A program made the position numbers and the translations under genes. Under the pieces are notes generated by a model that did not search any database, was not told where the DNA came from, and was given only the letters and a program-made list of their open reading frames with translations. A DNA stretch of 64,000 bases, taken from positions 94,302,001 to 94,366,000 of the forward strand of contig OZ360221.1 in NCBI GenBank assembly GCA_977017645.1, read 5' to 3'. Source of the stretch: Torpedo marmorata (lineage: Eukaryota). How positions within the stretch are numbered: position 1 is the first letter of the stretch; every line of letters begins with the position of its first letter. Shown here piece after piece: positions 35,340 through 47,762 of the stretch.

Positions 35340-35762
35340 CTCTCGACAATCTCATCACATCATACGGCCCCGAGTAGTCTCCAGGCCAAGTGAGTGAACC
35401 AACACTGGGATATCCCGGTGACAGAGGAGGCGGCGCATCGAAGTGAGATTGCCCCGGATTATTATGGCCACATTTGAGGCCGGAGTAGATTACGGATTAG
35501 TTTTGAGGCTCTTCACCACCATAAAAGGACAGCTGATTATTGACGCGGTCGGCGTGGGGAAGCCTCCTCCCTCCTTCCTTCCTTCCTTCCTTCCCGGTGC
35601 TGTCCAGAATTAAGCAGGAGGCGAGAAGGAAAGTCTCACTGAACCCCACATCACTGACAGCCCGCTGCTTGGACATCAACTCAAGCCGCAACTCAGCCCT
35701 GGGGAAGGGGGTGGACGCCGTTGCTGCTAGCAGCCCCGCTCCCTCAACCTCCCCGGCCCGCG
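35340..35762 (+). promoter_or_regulatory. ITGA8: CpG-rich ITGA8 promoter and 5' UTR with CArG box (35519-35528), E-box (35530-35535) and (CCTT)n tract
   Basis: TE-free, CpG-enriched DNA just upstream of the ATG; CCATAAAAGG fits CC(A/T)6GG; CAGCTG adjacent. Confidence 0.65.
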
Positions 35763-35947
35763 ATGACCGCTCGCCGCAGCTGCCAGGAGGTAGTGATCCG
35801 GAGCCAGAGGCTCCGCTTGCTGCTCCTGTTGCCGCTGCTGCCAGGATGCCTCTCCTTCAACCTGGACTTGCAGCCCACTGTCTACAGCGGACCCGAGGGC
35901 AGCTATTTCGGTTACTCGGTGGATTTCTACTCGCCTGTTAAAAACAC
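35763..35947 (+). CDS. ITGA8: Integrin alpha-8 coding exon 1 (signal peptide and FNLD mature N-terminus)
   Basis: [18 protein letters not shown]|[25 protein letters not shown]; donor AC|GTGAG, phase 2. Confidence 0.95.
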
Positions 35948-36224
35948 GTGAGCAGCATTGCCCCTTTTATATGTAACATGCATGCATGGCAAAACAAACG
36001 TTTCAAGAGTTGCCAAAATCCACAGCTTGATTTTTGCAAAGGATGTCTTACTTACAACAATTTGTAATTTAGTGAATGTTCATAATCACTGGCGCATTTT
36101 CCCGGTTAGTTTTGATCATTCACAGCACGGGGCGGGATAGACTAATGTGTGGTTAACAGTGATGTAAATAATTTCTGCTTTTATTTTAAATCTGTTTTTT
36201 TTTTTTGTTTGGGGTCATCTTCAG

Positions 36225-36355
36225 TGTCAGCGTCCTTGTTGGAGCTCCGAAAGCCAACACAACTCAACCAGGGATCGTGGAAGGAGGAGCGGTGTACTTC
36301 TGCGGCTGGGCAGCAGGAGGTGCTGCTTGCAGCCAGATCCCGTTCGACAGAAGCA
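36225..36355 (+). CDS. ITGA8: Integrin alpha-8 exon 2
   Basis: TTCAG| acceptor; [37 protein letters not shown]; |GTAAGT donor; frame continuous with exon 1. Confidence 0.95.
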
Positions 36356-37759
36356 GTAAGTGTGAAGAGGCAGCAAGCTCTCGGTGCTGCTCCCATCCAT
36401 TCTATTGCCTTGTTCCTTCCTCTCCCGCTGAGCTTCAAACAAATCCGCAGTCTGCGCGAAAGTCCTAGGAAAGCTCCAGTCGCCTGGTAGCACTTTACTT
36501 ATCCCCGCTACATTTTACTCCGGGCGCAGACAAAACTATTACTTAAGATCTACAAAAAGAACCACATCGCAGAACGTGCATGTGCAATTCTACCTCTCAA
36601 ACATGCAGTTTTAATTCCATTTCTGAAGCAAATGTTCTGCAAAGCACGTGGTGCGCAGTAAAAGATTATACCTGTATCTGCAATTTCTTATCTTAAACCG
36701 TTAAACAAGACTGCGTCCACTTTATTGAGAAATCGAATATGTCAATTTAGTCATAATAATTCCAAAGATGAGACGATTCATAGGATCAATTATTTAAATA
36801 TACTATATGTTTGATGTCCGTGGTGTTTCACAGAACATAAAATGAAATCCCACCTCACATTACAATTACACTACATTGATTTAATTACCGGTATATCAAA
36901 TGGGAATGGAAATATCATTCTCATTGTCTGAAAATTAGAATAACATGTTTTAAATTATACTTGTTTATTTTTGTTAAAATTAATAACACGTGCATTTTTG
37001 TTTTAAATATGAATCATATTAAAATTCCATAAAAGGAATAAAATTGGACAGAGAGCAAAAATATTTACATGAATTTATGCATTTCAGTCATGAGAAACAA
37101 TAGTTTAGAAATACTTAAACCTACGAAAAACCACAGTTCAGTTAGTTTGTTTTTGTATAAATGTTCAAGTGTCTTGTAAAATGATCTGTAAGTTTTGCTG
37201 GCGGAGTATAACTAAACAAAGCAATTTGTGCAGGGTCCATGTCACAGGCTGAAGGATAAGGTAGAAGGAAGGATGGCAGATTGCTAAATATCTGATCACT
37301 GTGAAACAGAAGAAGCAGGCACATTGCTCAAATTGAATTTAACATCTGTTGACAACTTTTTTATTATGTGTTTGAATTAATGCTGTACAAGGACAGTAAG
37401 GCACACCTCCTGGTTAACAGTTCACGAGGAAACTTATGGACAGGGAGTGAAATTGGGGAAGGTGAACATGTGGAAAATCAGTTTGCTTCAAAAAGAGAGG
37501 GGTTGAGGAATTGTCTGCTTTTTATTAAAGACTGAAACGCATCATAATTGGAGCTGATTTTTTCACCAGATGGTTCCTTTTATGTTGACATCTGCAAACT
37601 GTATGTTAAACATAGTTGGAGAGATATGTGTACATATAATTAAATCATGAATTAGGTTATATTCTTGGGAAAGCAATTAGACACATCTATATTCTGTCAG
37701 CAGAAAAGTAATGTTTTAGTATTTTATCATTTAGCATGTAAATCATCTATAAACATAAT

Positions 37760-38115
37760 AACCTAAGAACGTATGAAATAGAAGCAGGTAAAGGCCATTT
37801 GGCCCATCATGGATTCTCACCATTCATTAAGATCATGGCTGATATTTACCTGAGTGCCACTTTACTGCCCTGAGCCATTATCACCTGATTCCATTAATAC
37901 CTGAAAGCCTGAAAATCTCATCCTGCATATACTCAACAACTGAGCATGCAAGGAACCACTCTGTTCTGTATGAAATAATGTCTTCTCATTTCAGTCCTGA
38001 ATGGCCAACCATTTATTTACCCCTAGGTTTTTTTACACCCCAGACAAGAGAACTATCTACACTGCATTAACCTTATCCTGTCAGGCTCTATAAGAATTTG
38101 GTATGGTTCAATAAG
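37760..38115 (-). mobile_element. Old CR1 3' fragment in intron 2
   Basis: AAATAGAAGCAGG..GGCCATT..ATCATGGCTGAT tail type, as at 7310 and 24190. Confidence 0.6.
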
Positions 38116-38389
38116 ATCCAAAAGATATGTTTGAAATTATCACAACAGTTTTACATGGAAAAATCAGTCATTTATTTGAATATTATAATTTGTAAATAAC
38201 AGTGATTGATCAAACAGATTTACATTTTTGGTGTTAGCAGAATCATTCATAGTAAAACATTAGCACTAAATACTAAATAATGTTAGTTGTGATTAATAAT
38301 TGACAACAATACACATGAATTTATTATTTTAAGATGGTGAGGTCGATATTGAAATTGTGTGACAATACAAATACTGTATATAAATTATG

Positions 38390-38510
38390 AAGGGTGACAA
38401 AGGGCCTTAGATCTGAAATGATAGCTCCATTCTCTGTCCACCAATGCTGCTTGACCTGCTGAGTGTTTCTAGCTTTTTTTGTTATTATTTGTAATCGCAT
38501 AACTTGCAAA
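38390..38510 (+). mobile_element. Old Penelope pLTR fragment
   Basis: GACAAAGGGCCTTAGATCTGAAA..TGCTGCTTGACCTGCTGAGT. Confidence 0.5.
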
Positions 38511-38632
38511 ATCTCAATGAAACAAAATAGTGGAGAAGTTATAATTTTATTCTCATTTCAATGTTTTAATGGCTGTAAAAGAAAATCTTACAACACATGA
38601 AGGGCAAGCATAACATTTCTTTCAACTGTCAG

Positions 38633-38733
38633 GTAACAGAATCATCAGAGTTAATGGCACAAGGGAACCCATTGAATTCAAATCCAACCAATGGTTTGGG
38701 GCAACAGTACGATCTCATAAAGAAAGAGTTGTG
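38633..38733 (+). CDS. ITGA8: Integrin alpha-8 exon 3
   Basis: NRIIRVNGTREPIEFKSNQWFGATVRSHKERVV (RVNGT.EPIEFKSNQW is alpha-8-like, not alpha-V or alpha-5); 101 nt, AG/GT; not in the ORF track. Confidence 0.95.
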
Positions 38734-38814
38734 GTAAGTCATTGCAATTGTATGTTACAACGTCTTGGATCATTTATATTTAGATCATTCCCGCTTCATT
38801 TCTCCGTCCCATTC

Positions 38815-39420
38815 CCATGTTTGTCTGCCGCAATAGCTGGGATTTGCCAGTACAACCCATTTCAATTCCCCACCCCATTCCCTTGCCGATATGTCTGTCC
38901 ATAATCTCATGCACTGCCAGAGTGAGACCACCGGCAAATTGGAGGAGCAACACCTCATATTCCATGTGGGTACCCTCCAACCGGATGGCATTAACATCAA
39001 CCTCCAGTTTCTGTTAGCCCCTCCCCCTTCTATCCCTATTTCTCCTTTCTTCTAGCCCTCTCTCCCTCTCTCTCTCTCTCTCTTTCCTTTTCCCTCTGTC
39101 TCCTTTCTTTCAGCTCTGCATTCACAGAGCCATCCCCTCCCCCGATCAATTCTCACCTTTCCCTGCCTGTCCTCCTATGTACAATTATGACTCTTTGTCT
39201 TTTGGTCTGTGCTCCTCCCCTGCTCTTTCTTTCCTTCTCCCCAGCCTTTTAATTCATGCGCCTACCTGCTTTTTACTCATTCATCGAAGAAGGGCTCAGA
39301 CCCGAAACGTCGGTTATATATCTTTCCTCCTATGGTTGCTGCGAGATCTGCTGAGTTCGTCCAGCATTTCTGTGTTTTTACTACAATCACAGCATCTGCA
39401 GACTTTTGTGTTTCACCTCA
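38815..39420 (+). mobile_element. 5'-truncated Penelope-like element (GIY-YIG C-terminus, pyrimidine tract, pLTR with hammerhead-like motif)
   Basis: HFNSPPHSLADMSVHNLMHCQSETTGKLEEQHLIFHVGTLQPDGIN; GAAGA-AGGG-CTCAGA-CCC-GAAAC-GTC at 39286-39311. Confidence 0.87.
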
Positions 39421-40059
39421 TTTAGATGTGTGCTTTGATCTTTTGTATTCTTAGTTGCCTATGTTATTGGGGGTTCTTGCTACCTATATTTGAAAATGGT
39501 AGATAACATTGTACTTCACTTCTTCAGGGTCACATTGTAAAAATGTACGTGGTAGAAAAATGAATCACTAGAGTGTTGTAAAGTTTAGATCTGTTTTCCA
39601 TCTTCTAGTTACTATTTGTATTGTTTCATTTTTAATAAAAAGATTTAACTAGTATCCATTGGACAGGTTTTATGAATTGGTTGGTTGGGTGAATAAATAA
39701 GCAGTGCTTATGTTAAAGTTAACGTCAATGAAATGGTAAAGTTCATGATCATATTAAACAATGACTAGCTGTAGGTATTATTATATTTAAGTCATTTTTA
39801 GTTTCAAAAATATAAACGTAAAATAGATTCTTGTGATAAAAAGGTTGCCTCAGGAATAGTTATCCATCAATTAAACTTTTGCAGTGAAGGGATTTAGGTG
39901 ATGTTTGAATCTGGAAAAACAACTGGATGAAGTCATAACAATGCCAACACATTAATGAAGAGCCCATGGCTGAATAAGTTTGCCAGTAAAAATGCTGGTG
40001 TTTTCAAAAAAAGAAAATAATTTCTGTTTGATTCAATTGATTTCTTTTTTCGTTAATAG

Positions 40060-40183
40060 GCTTGTGCCCCATTGTATAATTGGCGAGCCCTTAAATTGAC
40101 TAAAGAGAAAGACCCCGTGGGTACCTGTTATGTTGCAGTTCGGAATTTCAGTACCTACGCAGAATATTCTCCATGTCGCTCTG
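40060..40183 (+). CDS. ITGA8: Integrin alpha-8 exon 4
   Basis: TAG| [41 protein letters not shown] |GTAGGT; 124 nt, frame continuous. Confidence 0.95.
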
Positions 40184-40344
40184 GTAGGTCAAGCATCCAG
40201 CACAGAGTGAATGCTTGTATGTATTTTATCTATTTTAAATATTCACTTTTTCTTTATTCTGTGGGTTATTTTTATAAATATTTAGCTATTAAGTACATCT
40301 TGGTTGCCCATATGTAGTGATTTAAAAACATACAAATGTTACTT

Positions 40345-41495
40345 ATTCACTGAGTATATGAGTAAGGAAGTCATGTTTCAGCCACATTAAACTTTGGTTA
40401 GGCCACACTTGGAATATTAGATGGAATTCTGGTTGCACCATGATAGAATGCGGAGTCTTTGGAAAGGGTTTTTACCGGGATGCTGCCTGGATTAGAGACT
40501 ATGAGTTACGGAGAGAGGTTGGATAAACACAGAGATAAACGGGAAAGTCTTCAGATGCTGTGATTGTAGTGCAATACACAAACATGCTGGAGAAACTCAG
40601 GACAAACATGGGTCATTTTCTCTGGATAAGGGGAAGAACTGAGAGAAGTCTATAAAATTCTGAGAGGCAGGGATGGGGAAGAAGGTCCGAATCTGTTCCC
40701 CAGGGTAAAAATGTCAAATACTAGAGGACATTTAAGGTGAGAGGGGGATAGATGTATGCCACACATATTTCACGCAGAGAGTGTTGGGTACCTGGAACAC
40801 GTTGCCAGTTGTAATGGTGAAAGCAGATATAACCATATAACCATATAACAATTACAGCACGGAAACAGGCCATTAGGCCCTTCTAGTCTGCACCGAACCA
40901 AACACTCCTCTCTAGTCCCACCTACCTGCACCCTGCCCATAACCCTCCACTTCCTTCTCATCCATATATCTGTCCAACTTTTTCTTAAATAATAAAATTG
41001 ACTCTGCCGCCATTACTTCTCCCGGAAGCTCATTCCACACCGCTACCACTCTCTGAGTAAAGAAGTTCCCCCTCATGTTACCTCTAAACCTCTGCCCCTT
41101 AACTCTTAACTCATGTCCTCTTGTTTCAATCTCTCCTACTCTTAACGGAAATAGTCTATCCACATTCACTCTGTCTATCCCTTTCATAATCTTAAATACC
41201 TCTATCAAATCCCCTCTCAACCTTCTACGCTCCAAAGAATAAAGACCTAATCTGCTCAATCTCTCCTTGTACTCTAGATGCTTAAACCCAGGTAACATTC
41301 TGGTAAATCTTCTCTGCACTGATAGATATGATAGCAGCATTTAAGAGGTTTTTACATGGATACATGAACATGCAGGGAGTAGAGGTTTATGGATAATGTG
41401 CATGCAGAAAAGATTTATTTTTATTTTGCATAATGTTTGGCTCAGACATCATAGACTGAAGGGCATGTTCTTGTGCTGCACTGTTTTATGTTCTG
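40345..41495 (+). mobile_element. Old CR1 3' part, with a pLTR fragment (about 40530-40600) and a young CR1 inserted
   Basis: LVRPHLEY, MLPGL; 3' tail GAAGGGCATGTTCTTGTGCTG. Confidence 0.75.
40831..41320 (-). mobile_element. Young CR1 3' fragment, same family as 2084-3240
   Basis: Near-identical to 2752-3240; (TTATATGG)n tail; AGATAT near both junctions. Confidence 0.93.
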
Positions 41496-41569
41496 AATTA
41501 TTTGATTGGTATCTGCTGGTGTTTCAGATTAGAGCTGCTAACATTCAGCCATTGAAACATTTTTTAAAA

Positions 41570-42000
41570 TTTGATTTAATTTTAATGATACAGCATAGTA
41601 AAGGTAAAGGTTCCATTATTGTCACGTAATACTACATTTAGAATGTAACATACATGAAATTCTTTAATTTTTGTCTACCGTAAGGCAGACAGAGTCGCTA
41701 CTTTGTCCAGCGCCCCTCACAGAAACCAACAGCACCTGGTGTTCCTTGGCGGTCTCCCCTCCAAGTACTGACCAGTCCTGTGCCTGCTTAGCTTCTGAGA
41801 TCAGACAATCCCAGTCGTATTCAGGCGATTGGTGCTGTTAGAAGGCCCTTCTGGCTCATGAAACCCATGCTGCCCAATTACACCCAATTAACCTACCAAC
41901 TCTGAACTTTTTGGAGGTTGGGAGTAAACCCACGCAGGTCATGAAGAGAACGTACTGACGCCTTACAGACAGCGGTGAATATGAATCCGGGTCGCTTGTG
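41570..42000 (-). mobile_element. V-SINE interrupted by a 5S-derived SINE
   Basis: Tail GATACAGCATAGTA (41587-41600) rejoins AGGCCCTTCTGGC (41843 onward), as in the copy at 26850-26880. Confidence 0.75.
41600..41838 (-). mobile_element. 5S rRNA-derived SINE (SINE3-like) with a Rex1/Babar-type tail
   Basis: Minus strand GTCTGATCTCAGAAGCTAAGCAGG..CTGGTCAGTACTTGGAGGGGAGACCGCCAAGGAACACCAGGTGCTGT is 5S-like (A, IE, C boxes); then body, GACAATAA and (ACCTTT)n. Confidence 0.88.
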
Positions 42001-42044
42001 CTTTTTTCCCCTGCTGGTGGTGCATGGGGTAACACGCTTATATA

Positions 42045-42435
42045 GCTGTGCCTAACCTTTTCAGCTCCCACGCCTTACTTTTTTATTCTACTTTTTCCTT
42101 AATGCGGAGTTCTTTCTTAGTTTTAGTTCTCCTCCTTTCCCAGTTTATTTTACATTTATACAATATGACGTCCACTTGTGGAGCTAAAGCTGGGAGCCTC
42201 TACGTCAGAAGATTTTACTTCCATGGTGAAATACATTAAGGACTTGAGTAAAGATGTTAAAGAGTTTTAAAAGGACTCAAAAGACATGCAAGCCTCTCTT
42301 GCTCAAGTTTCTGAAAATTTGGGTGAATTACGAGATTTCATCATGGAACACGACTCCAAAATTAAGGATCTGGAAACAACTGTTGAAGTTCATGATTCCC
42401 TGCTGGATGATGTACAACATGACAATCTGGAATTT
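42045..42435 (+). mobile_element. L1-clade 5' region and ORF1 coiled-coil fragment
   Basis: Heptad-like QASLAQVSENLGELRDFIMEHDSKIKDLETTV; abuts a minus-strand L1 tail. Confidence 0.45.
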
Positions 42436-42439
42436 AAAA

Positions 42440-45400
42440 AATCTTTTTCTTTTTCAATCTTTTTATTGGTTTTTGAGAAAAAATATTATCAAATACATAG
42501 ATACACATGATATAAAGTTCAGGTAAAAGTAAAATAAAATTACAGATAGTAAACAAGATACATATGATCCATGTTATTGATTAAAAAAAAGGAAAAGAAA
42601 AAAGAAAAATAATCTACAACTAATCTAATTTCTAACCCCAACCTATTATATGAGCGATTCCTATTTAAGCCAGGCGTCAACTACTAATTTCAATACTAAT
42701 ACTTCAGGAAATGAAGAAAAAGAGAAAAAAATAAAAATAAATTTAATAACAAGCAAAAATAATTGATCTATAAATTTTGAAAATAATTGAAAAAAGAACC
42801 CCAAAGAGAAAAATATTTAATACTCGTTTTAGTAGTTGAGCACCTAATTTTCTCTAGAGAGAGGGATGCCATCCAATAACCATTGTGTATGTGTGGGAGG
42901 GACAGCATCTTTCCACTGCAGCAAAATGAGCCTTCTAGCAATCAGGGAAGCAAAAGCAACCACAGGGGGTTGAGATGGAGTTCAAATTAAGTCCATTGGT
43001 CCACTCATTCCAAAAATAGCAATAAAAGGGCTCGGGGACAGATTTATATCAAGAATTAAAGATAATAGGGGTAGCTATATTAATTAATAAAAAGTTACCT
43101 TTTAATATACAATCGATAGTTACAGATGTGGCAGGTAGATATGTTATTGTTCATTGTCAGACATATTCAGAATTTTGGACACTTATGAATTTGTATGTTC
43201 CAAATATAGATGATGAACAGTTTATTCAAGATTCTTTTTTACACTTGTCAGAAGCTAATGAGAATATTTTAGTTGGTGGAGATTTCAACTGTTGTTTAGA
43301 TCCAATAATGGATAAAACTTCAAGATCACTTGTTAAAACTAAAATTGCTAAAAAAGTTCTTACTTTGATGAAAGATTTAAATTTAATGGATATTTGGAGG
43401 AAACTGAATCCTAGAGAAAAAGATTATTTGTTTTATTCTTTTAGACATGATTCATATTCTAGAATAGATTTATTTTTGTTATCTTCACAGGTTCAAGATA
43501 GAATAACACAAGCAATTTATAAAGCGAGAATAATATCTGATCATTCACCTTCACTAATATCTTGTATAATTCCGGAAAAAGAAAAAATTGATATAGCTGG
43601 AGATTTAATTCTTCTTTATTAAAAAGAAAAGATTTTTGTGATTATATGAGAAGGGAAATTCAGGAATTTTTACAAATAAATTCCAATTCTACTAATAATA
43701 ATTTTATTATATGGGAAGCCTTAAAAGCTTATTTAAGAAGTCAGATAATAAGTTATTCAGCAAAAATTAAGAAGGATTATCTTAGAGAGGTTAATAATTT
43801 AGAGAAGGAAATTGAGTGTTTGGAAAAAGACTTACAAAAAAATAGATCAATTCAAAAAAGGAATAATTTAGTTGGGAAAAAATTACATTATAATTTATTA
43901 CAAACATATAAAATGGAAAAATTAATTGAAAGAACTAAACAAAGGTATTATGAATTAGGGGAAAGAGCACATAAAGTCTTGGTGTGGCAATTAAAAAAAG
44001 ATCAAAGTTCTAGAACTATAAATGCTATTAAGAAAAAGAATTCTATGGAAATAACTTATAAAGCTCGGGAAATAAATGATTCTTTTAAGGATTATTATTT
44101 AAATTTATATAAATCTCAGATTAATCAAGATGATTCTAAAATTAATAGATTTTTATCTAAGATTACATTACCTAAATTAAATATTCAAAGTAGAGAAGCT
44201 TTAGATTTACCTTTCTCAATGAGGGAAGTTAATGAAGTTCTTACTTCTTTAACGAGTGGTAAATCTCCAGGTGATGATGGATTTCCAGCAGAATTTTATA
44301 AAGAGTTTAAAGACTTATTGATACCTCCGTATATGGATGTATTAAATCAAATTACGGAAACCCATTCACTACCGGATACACTTTTAAATGCAATAATTAC
44401 AGTTATACCAAAAAAAGATAGAGATGTATTAAAAACTGAATCATATAGACCTATTTCATTGTTAAATGTAGATTACAAGATAATGGCAAAAATTTTAGCA
44501 AATAGGATGGCTAATTATTTACCAGATTTAATTCATGTAGACCAAGCTGGTTTTATTAAGAATAGATATTCAAAAGAAAATATAGCTAGATTAATTAGCT
44601 TAATTAATTTACAAAAAAAGAAAGAAGATTTACCATTAGTATTAACGTTAGATGCCGAAAAGGCTTTTGATAGACTAGAGTGGAATTTTTTATTTAAGGT
44701 GTTGGAGAAATTTGGTTTTGGAATTACGTTTATTAATTGGATTAAAACTAAATATAAAGAACCATCTGCTAAAGTGGTTACAAATGGACAGATTTCTTCA
44801 AGATTTCCTTTGACTCGATCTACTAGACAAGGATGTCCTTTGTCACCAGCGTTATTTATTTTGGCGATAGAAACTTTGACAGAATTAGTTAGAAAAGATC
44901 CTAAAATAGTTGGTATTAAAGTTGGAACGGAAGAACATAAAATTAGTTTATTTGCAGATGATGTATTGATATATATGACAAAATCTATTACATCTTAAGT
45001 ACAACTGTCTGCGTTATTGAGAGAATATGGGGAAATATCTGGATATAAAATTAATTCTGATAAAAGTGAAATTATGGCATTATCACAAGGGGATTATAGT
45101 AAATGTAAAGAAATTACACAATTTAAATGGGCAAAGGAAGGAATTAAATATCTGGGAATAAGGATTGACACAAAATTGGCTAATTTATATAAATTAAATT
45201 ATTTACCATTATTTGTGAAAATAAAAATGGATTTAGAAAATTGGAAAGATTTACCTATAACTTTAATGGGAAGAGTAAATTGTATTAAAATGAATGTTTT
45301 TCCAAGAATTCAATATCTTTTTCAATCAATTCCTTATGAAATTCCTCAAAAATGTTTCAAAGATTTAAATTCAATTATTAGAAACTTTTTATGGAAAGGA

Positions 45401-47762
45401 AAGTTAGCAAGAGTAGGTATGGAAAAATTAACTTGGAATTATGAAATGGGTGGTTTACAACTTCCTAATTTCCAAAATTATTATAAAGCAACTCAATTAA
45501 AATTTGTTAATGAATTTTTTGATTCAACTAAATCTTCTGCTTGGATTAAAATAGAACTAAATAATATAGGAGAAGATTCCAAAGAAGAAGTTATTTATAA
45601 ATGGGATTCTAAATTAATATCAACAAGAAAGAAAAATTCTCCTATTCTTAAACATTTGTTAGAAATATGGAATAAGACGGATAAGGAAATAGGAGGAAAA
45701 GGATTGATTTCTTCAAGGATGCCTTTATATCAAAATGGACTTATTCCATTTACTATTAATAATCAATTATTTAAAATTTGGTTTCAAAAAGGAATTAAGA
45801 AAATAAATGATTGTTTTGAAGCTGGGAAATTTATTACTTTTCAAAGAATGAAAGATAAATTTAATATATTAGATAATACACTTTTTGCTTATTATCAAAT
45901 TAGAGCTTTTTTGATTGAGAAATTAGGTTATGCTTTGACTTTACCAAGACAGAATGAATTAGAATTATTAGTTACTAAAGGAGATGTAAACAAATTTATT
46001 TCTCAAATGTATAAATTGTTTCAGAGGAAAATTCCTAAAGTAGGAATTCATAAATCAAGATTAAAATGGGAATTCGATTTGAACGTAACAATAGATGAAA
46101 ATCATTGGAAAGAATTATGTAAATTAAGTATGACGAAGATTATTAATGTTAGATATAGATTAGTACAATACAATTTTTTTCATCAATTATATTTAACACC
46201 TAAAAGATTAAAGAAATTTAACCCGACATTATCAGGTTTATGTTTCAGATGTAATAAAGAGGAAGGTTCTTTTGTACATTCTGCATGGTTTTGTCCAAAA
46301 GTCTACGATTTTTGGTTCAAAGTTAAAAAAATTTTAGATAAAGTATTTAAGATTATATTCCCGATGGATCCTATGATATTTTTGTTTGGAGATATTAAAA
46401 AATTTAGTATTAAGATGAAATTAAATATGTATCAAATAGAATTTTTGCAAATTGCTTTAGCTGTTTCAAAGAAATGCATTGCTATTACTTGGAAATCTGA
46501 TGTTGATTTAGGGTTAGAAAGATGGCATGCAGAACTTCGTTCATGTATACCACTTGAAAAAATTACTTATAACTTACGGAATAAATATCATTTCTTTTTA
46601 AAAATATGGAGCCCTTATATGAAAGCTGTTGGATAAAGGATTTGAAGATCTCTGGACATTGGATCTACTAGCTGTTAGATTAAGGATTTGAAGATCTCTG
46701 GACATTGGATCTACTGGCTACCTAACCTCCATAATAGAATTAGTTTATAGATGTATTCATTAGATTGACATTCTCCTTACCTTATCTTTTTCTTCTCTAT
46801 TTCTTTCTTTTTTTAAAATATTTTATTAGATTAGTGGGGTTGGGAGGGTTGGGGAGGGGAGGGTGGGAGGGGGGGGGGTGAAAATGTATCACAAGTATTT
46901 TTGATAATTTTATATTTTATTCTATGTATTTTGTGATTTAAAATTTTAAATAAAATATTTAAAAAATATTTTTTTTAATGAATTAAAGATAATGTACTAA
47001 ATATCTCTTTCCAGTAGTTACAAAGGGAGGGACATAACCAAAACATATGATATAAAGTACCTTCCTGAGTTGTACACTTATCACATTTAGAGGATATATT
47101 AGGGTAAAATTTAGCTAATTGAACTTTGGAATAGTGGGCCCTATGGACTACTTTAAATTGTAATAAGGAATGTCTAGCACAGAGAGAGGATGAATGTACA
47201 TTTTTCAAAATAGACTCCCATGTATGTTCAGCAAACAGTTGTTGAAAGTCATGTTCCCTAACGTTCTTAATGTTAGATAAAGAACTATCGCTAAATCTTA
47301 AAAGTAGTTCATAAAGGGCTGAAAACAGTCCTTTCTGATTAGGACTAAAATTATATACTTCCCAGATAAGATTAAAATCTAAGTCTTGGGGAAGCCTCAA
47401 CGTTAAGGAGTTTAAGAAACTCCTAATCTGTAAATAGCGAAAAAAACATTGTTTAGGTAATTTAAATTTGGCAGATAATTGCTCAAAAGAGGCAAGGTTT
47501 TGGTCTATATATAAGTCCAAGAAAGAGTGAATACCTAACCTAGACCATTGATTATATCTAATGTCTTGAACCGAAGGTAAAAAAAAAGGAATTACGTAAA
47601 ATTGGACTAATTAATAAAAATCTATGATAACCAAAGTGCTTTCTAAATGGGAACCAAATACGCAAAGTATGTCTAACTACTAATTATCAGTTAATTTGGA
47701 GAGCGAAAAAGGCAAATGTGCTCCATATTGAAATAAGAGAGTGTTTTTAATGGATTTTTAAT
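42440..47762 (-). mobile_element. L1-clade family B 3' part (42440-43066 and 46980-47762), split by a family A L1
   Basis: ORF2 C-terminus FFRYLQIR..QFKVVHR..CDKC..HMFWLC..FSTLSLI continues across the insert into LILLQWK..EKIR. Confidence 0.88.
43067..46979 (+). mobile_element. 5'-truncated family A L1; ORF2 with one frameshift and one stop
   Basis: TSD GAATTAAAGATAAT (43053-43066, 46980-46993); ORFs 43128-43622, 43646-44998, 45017-46636 closely similar to 14088-17879. Confidence 0.95.

Noticed and set aside
35540-36493. Alternative ORFs overlapping ITGA8 exons 1-2
   Set aside because: Off-frame or antisense products of GC-rich sequence; only the spliced frame matches an integrin
38625-38640. 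CAG|GTAAC at the exon 3 acceptor as a recursive splice site
   Set aside because: Intron is short and the bases are explained by coding (S-N-R); no further support
35763-40183. ITGAV or ITGA5 identity
   Set aside because: RVNGT.EPIEFKSNQWFGATV and [21 protein letters not shown] fit alpha-8 best; a phylogeny would confirm
41722-41838. Functional 5S rRNA gene
   Set aside because: Diverged 5' end, no terminator, fused to a SINE body and tail, inserted in another SINE
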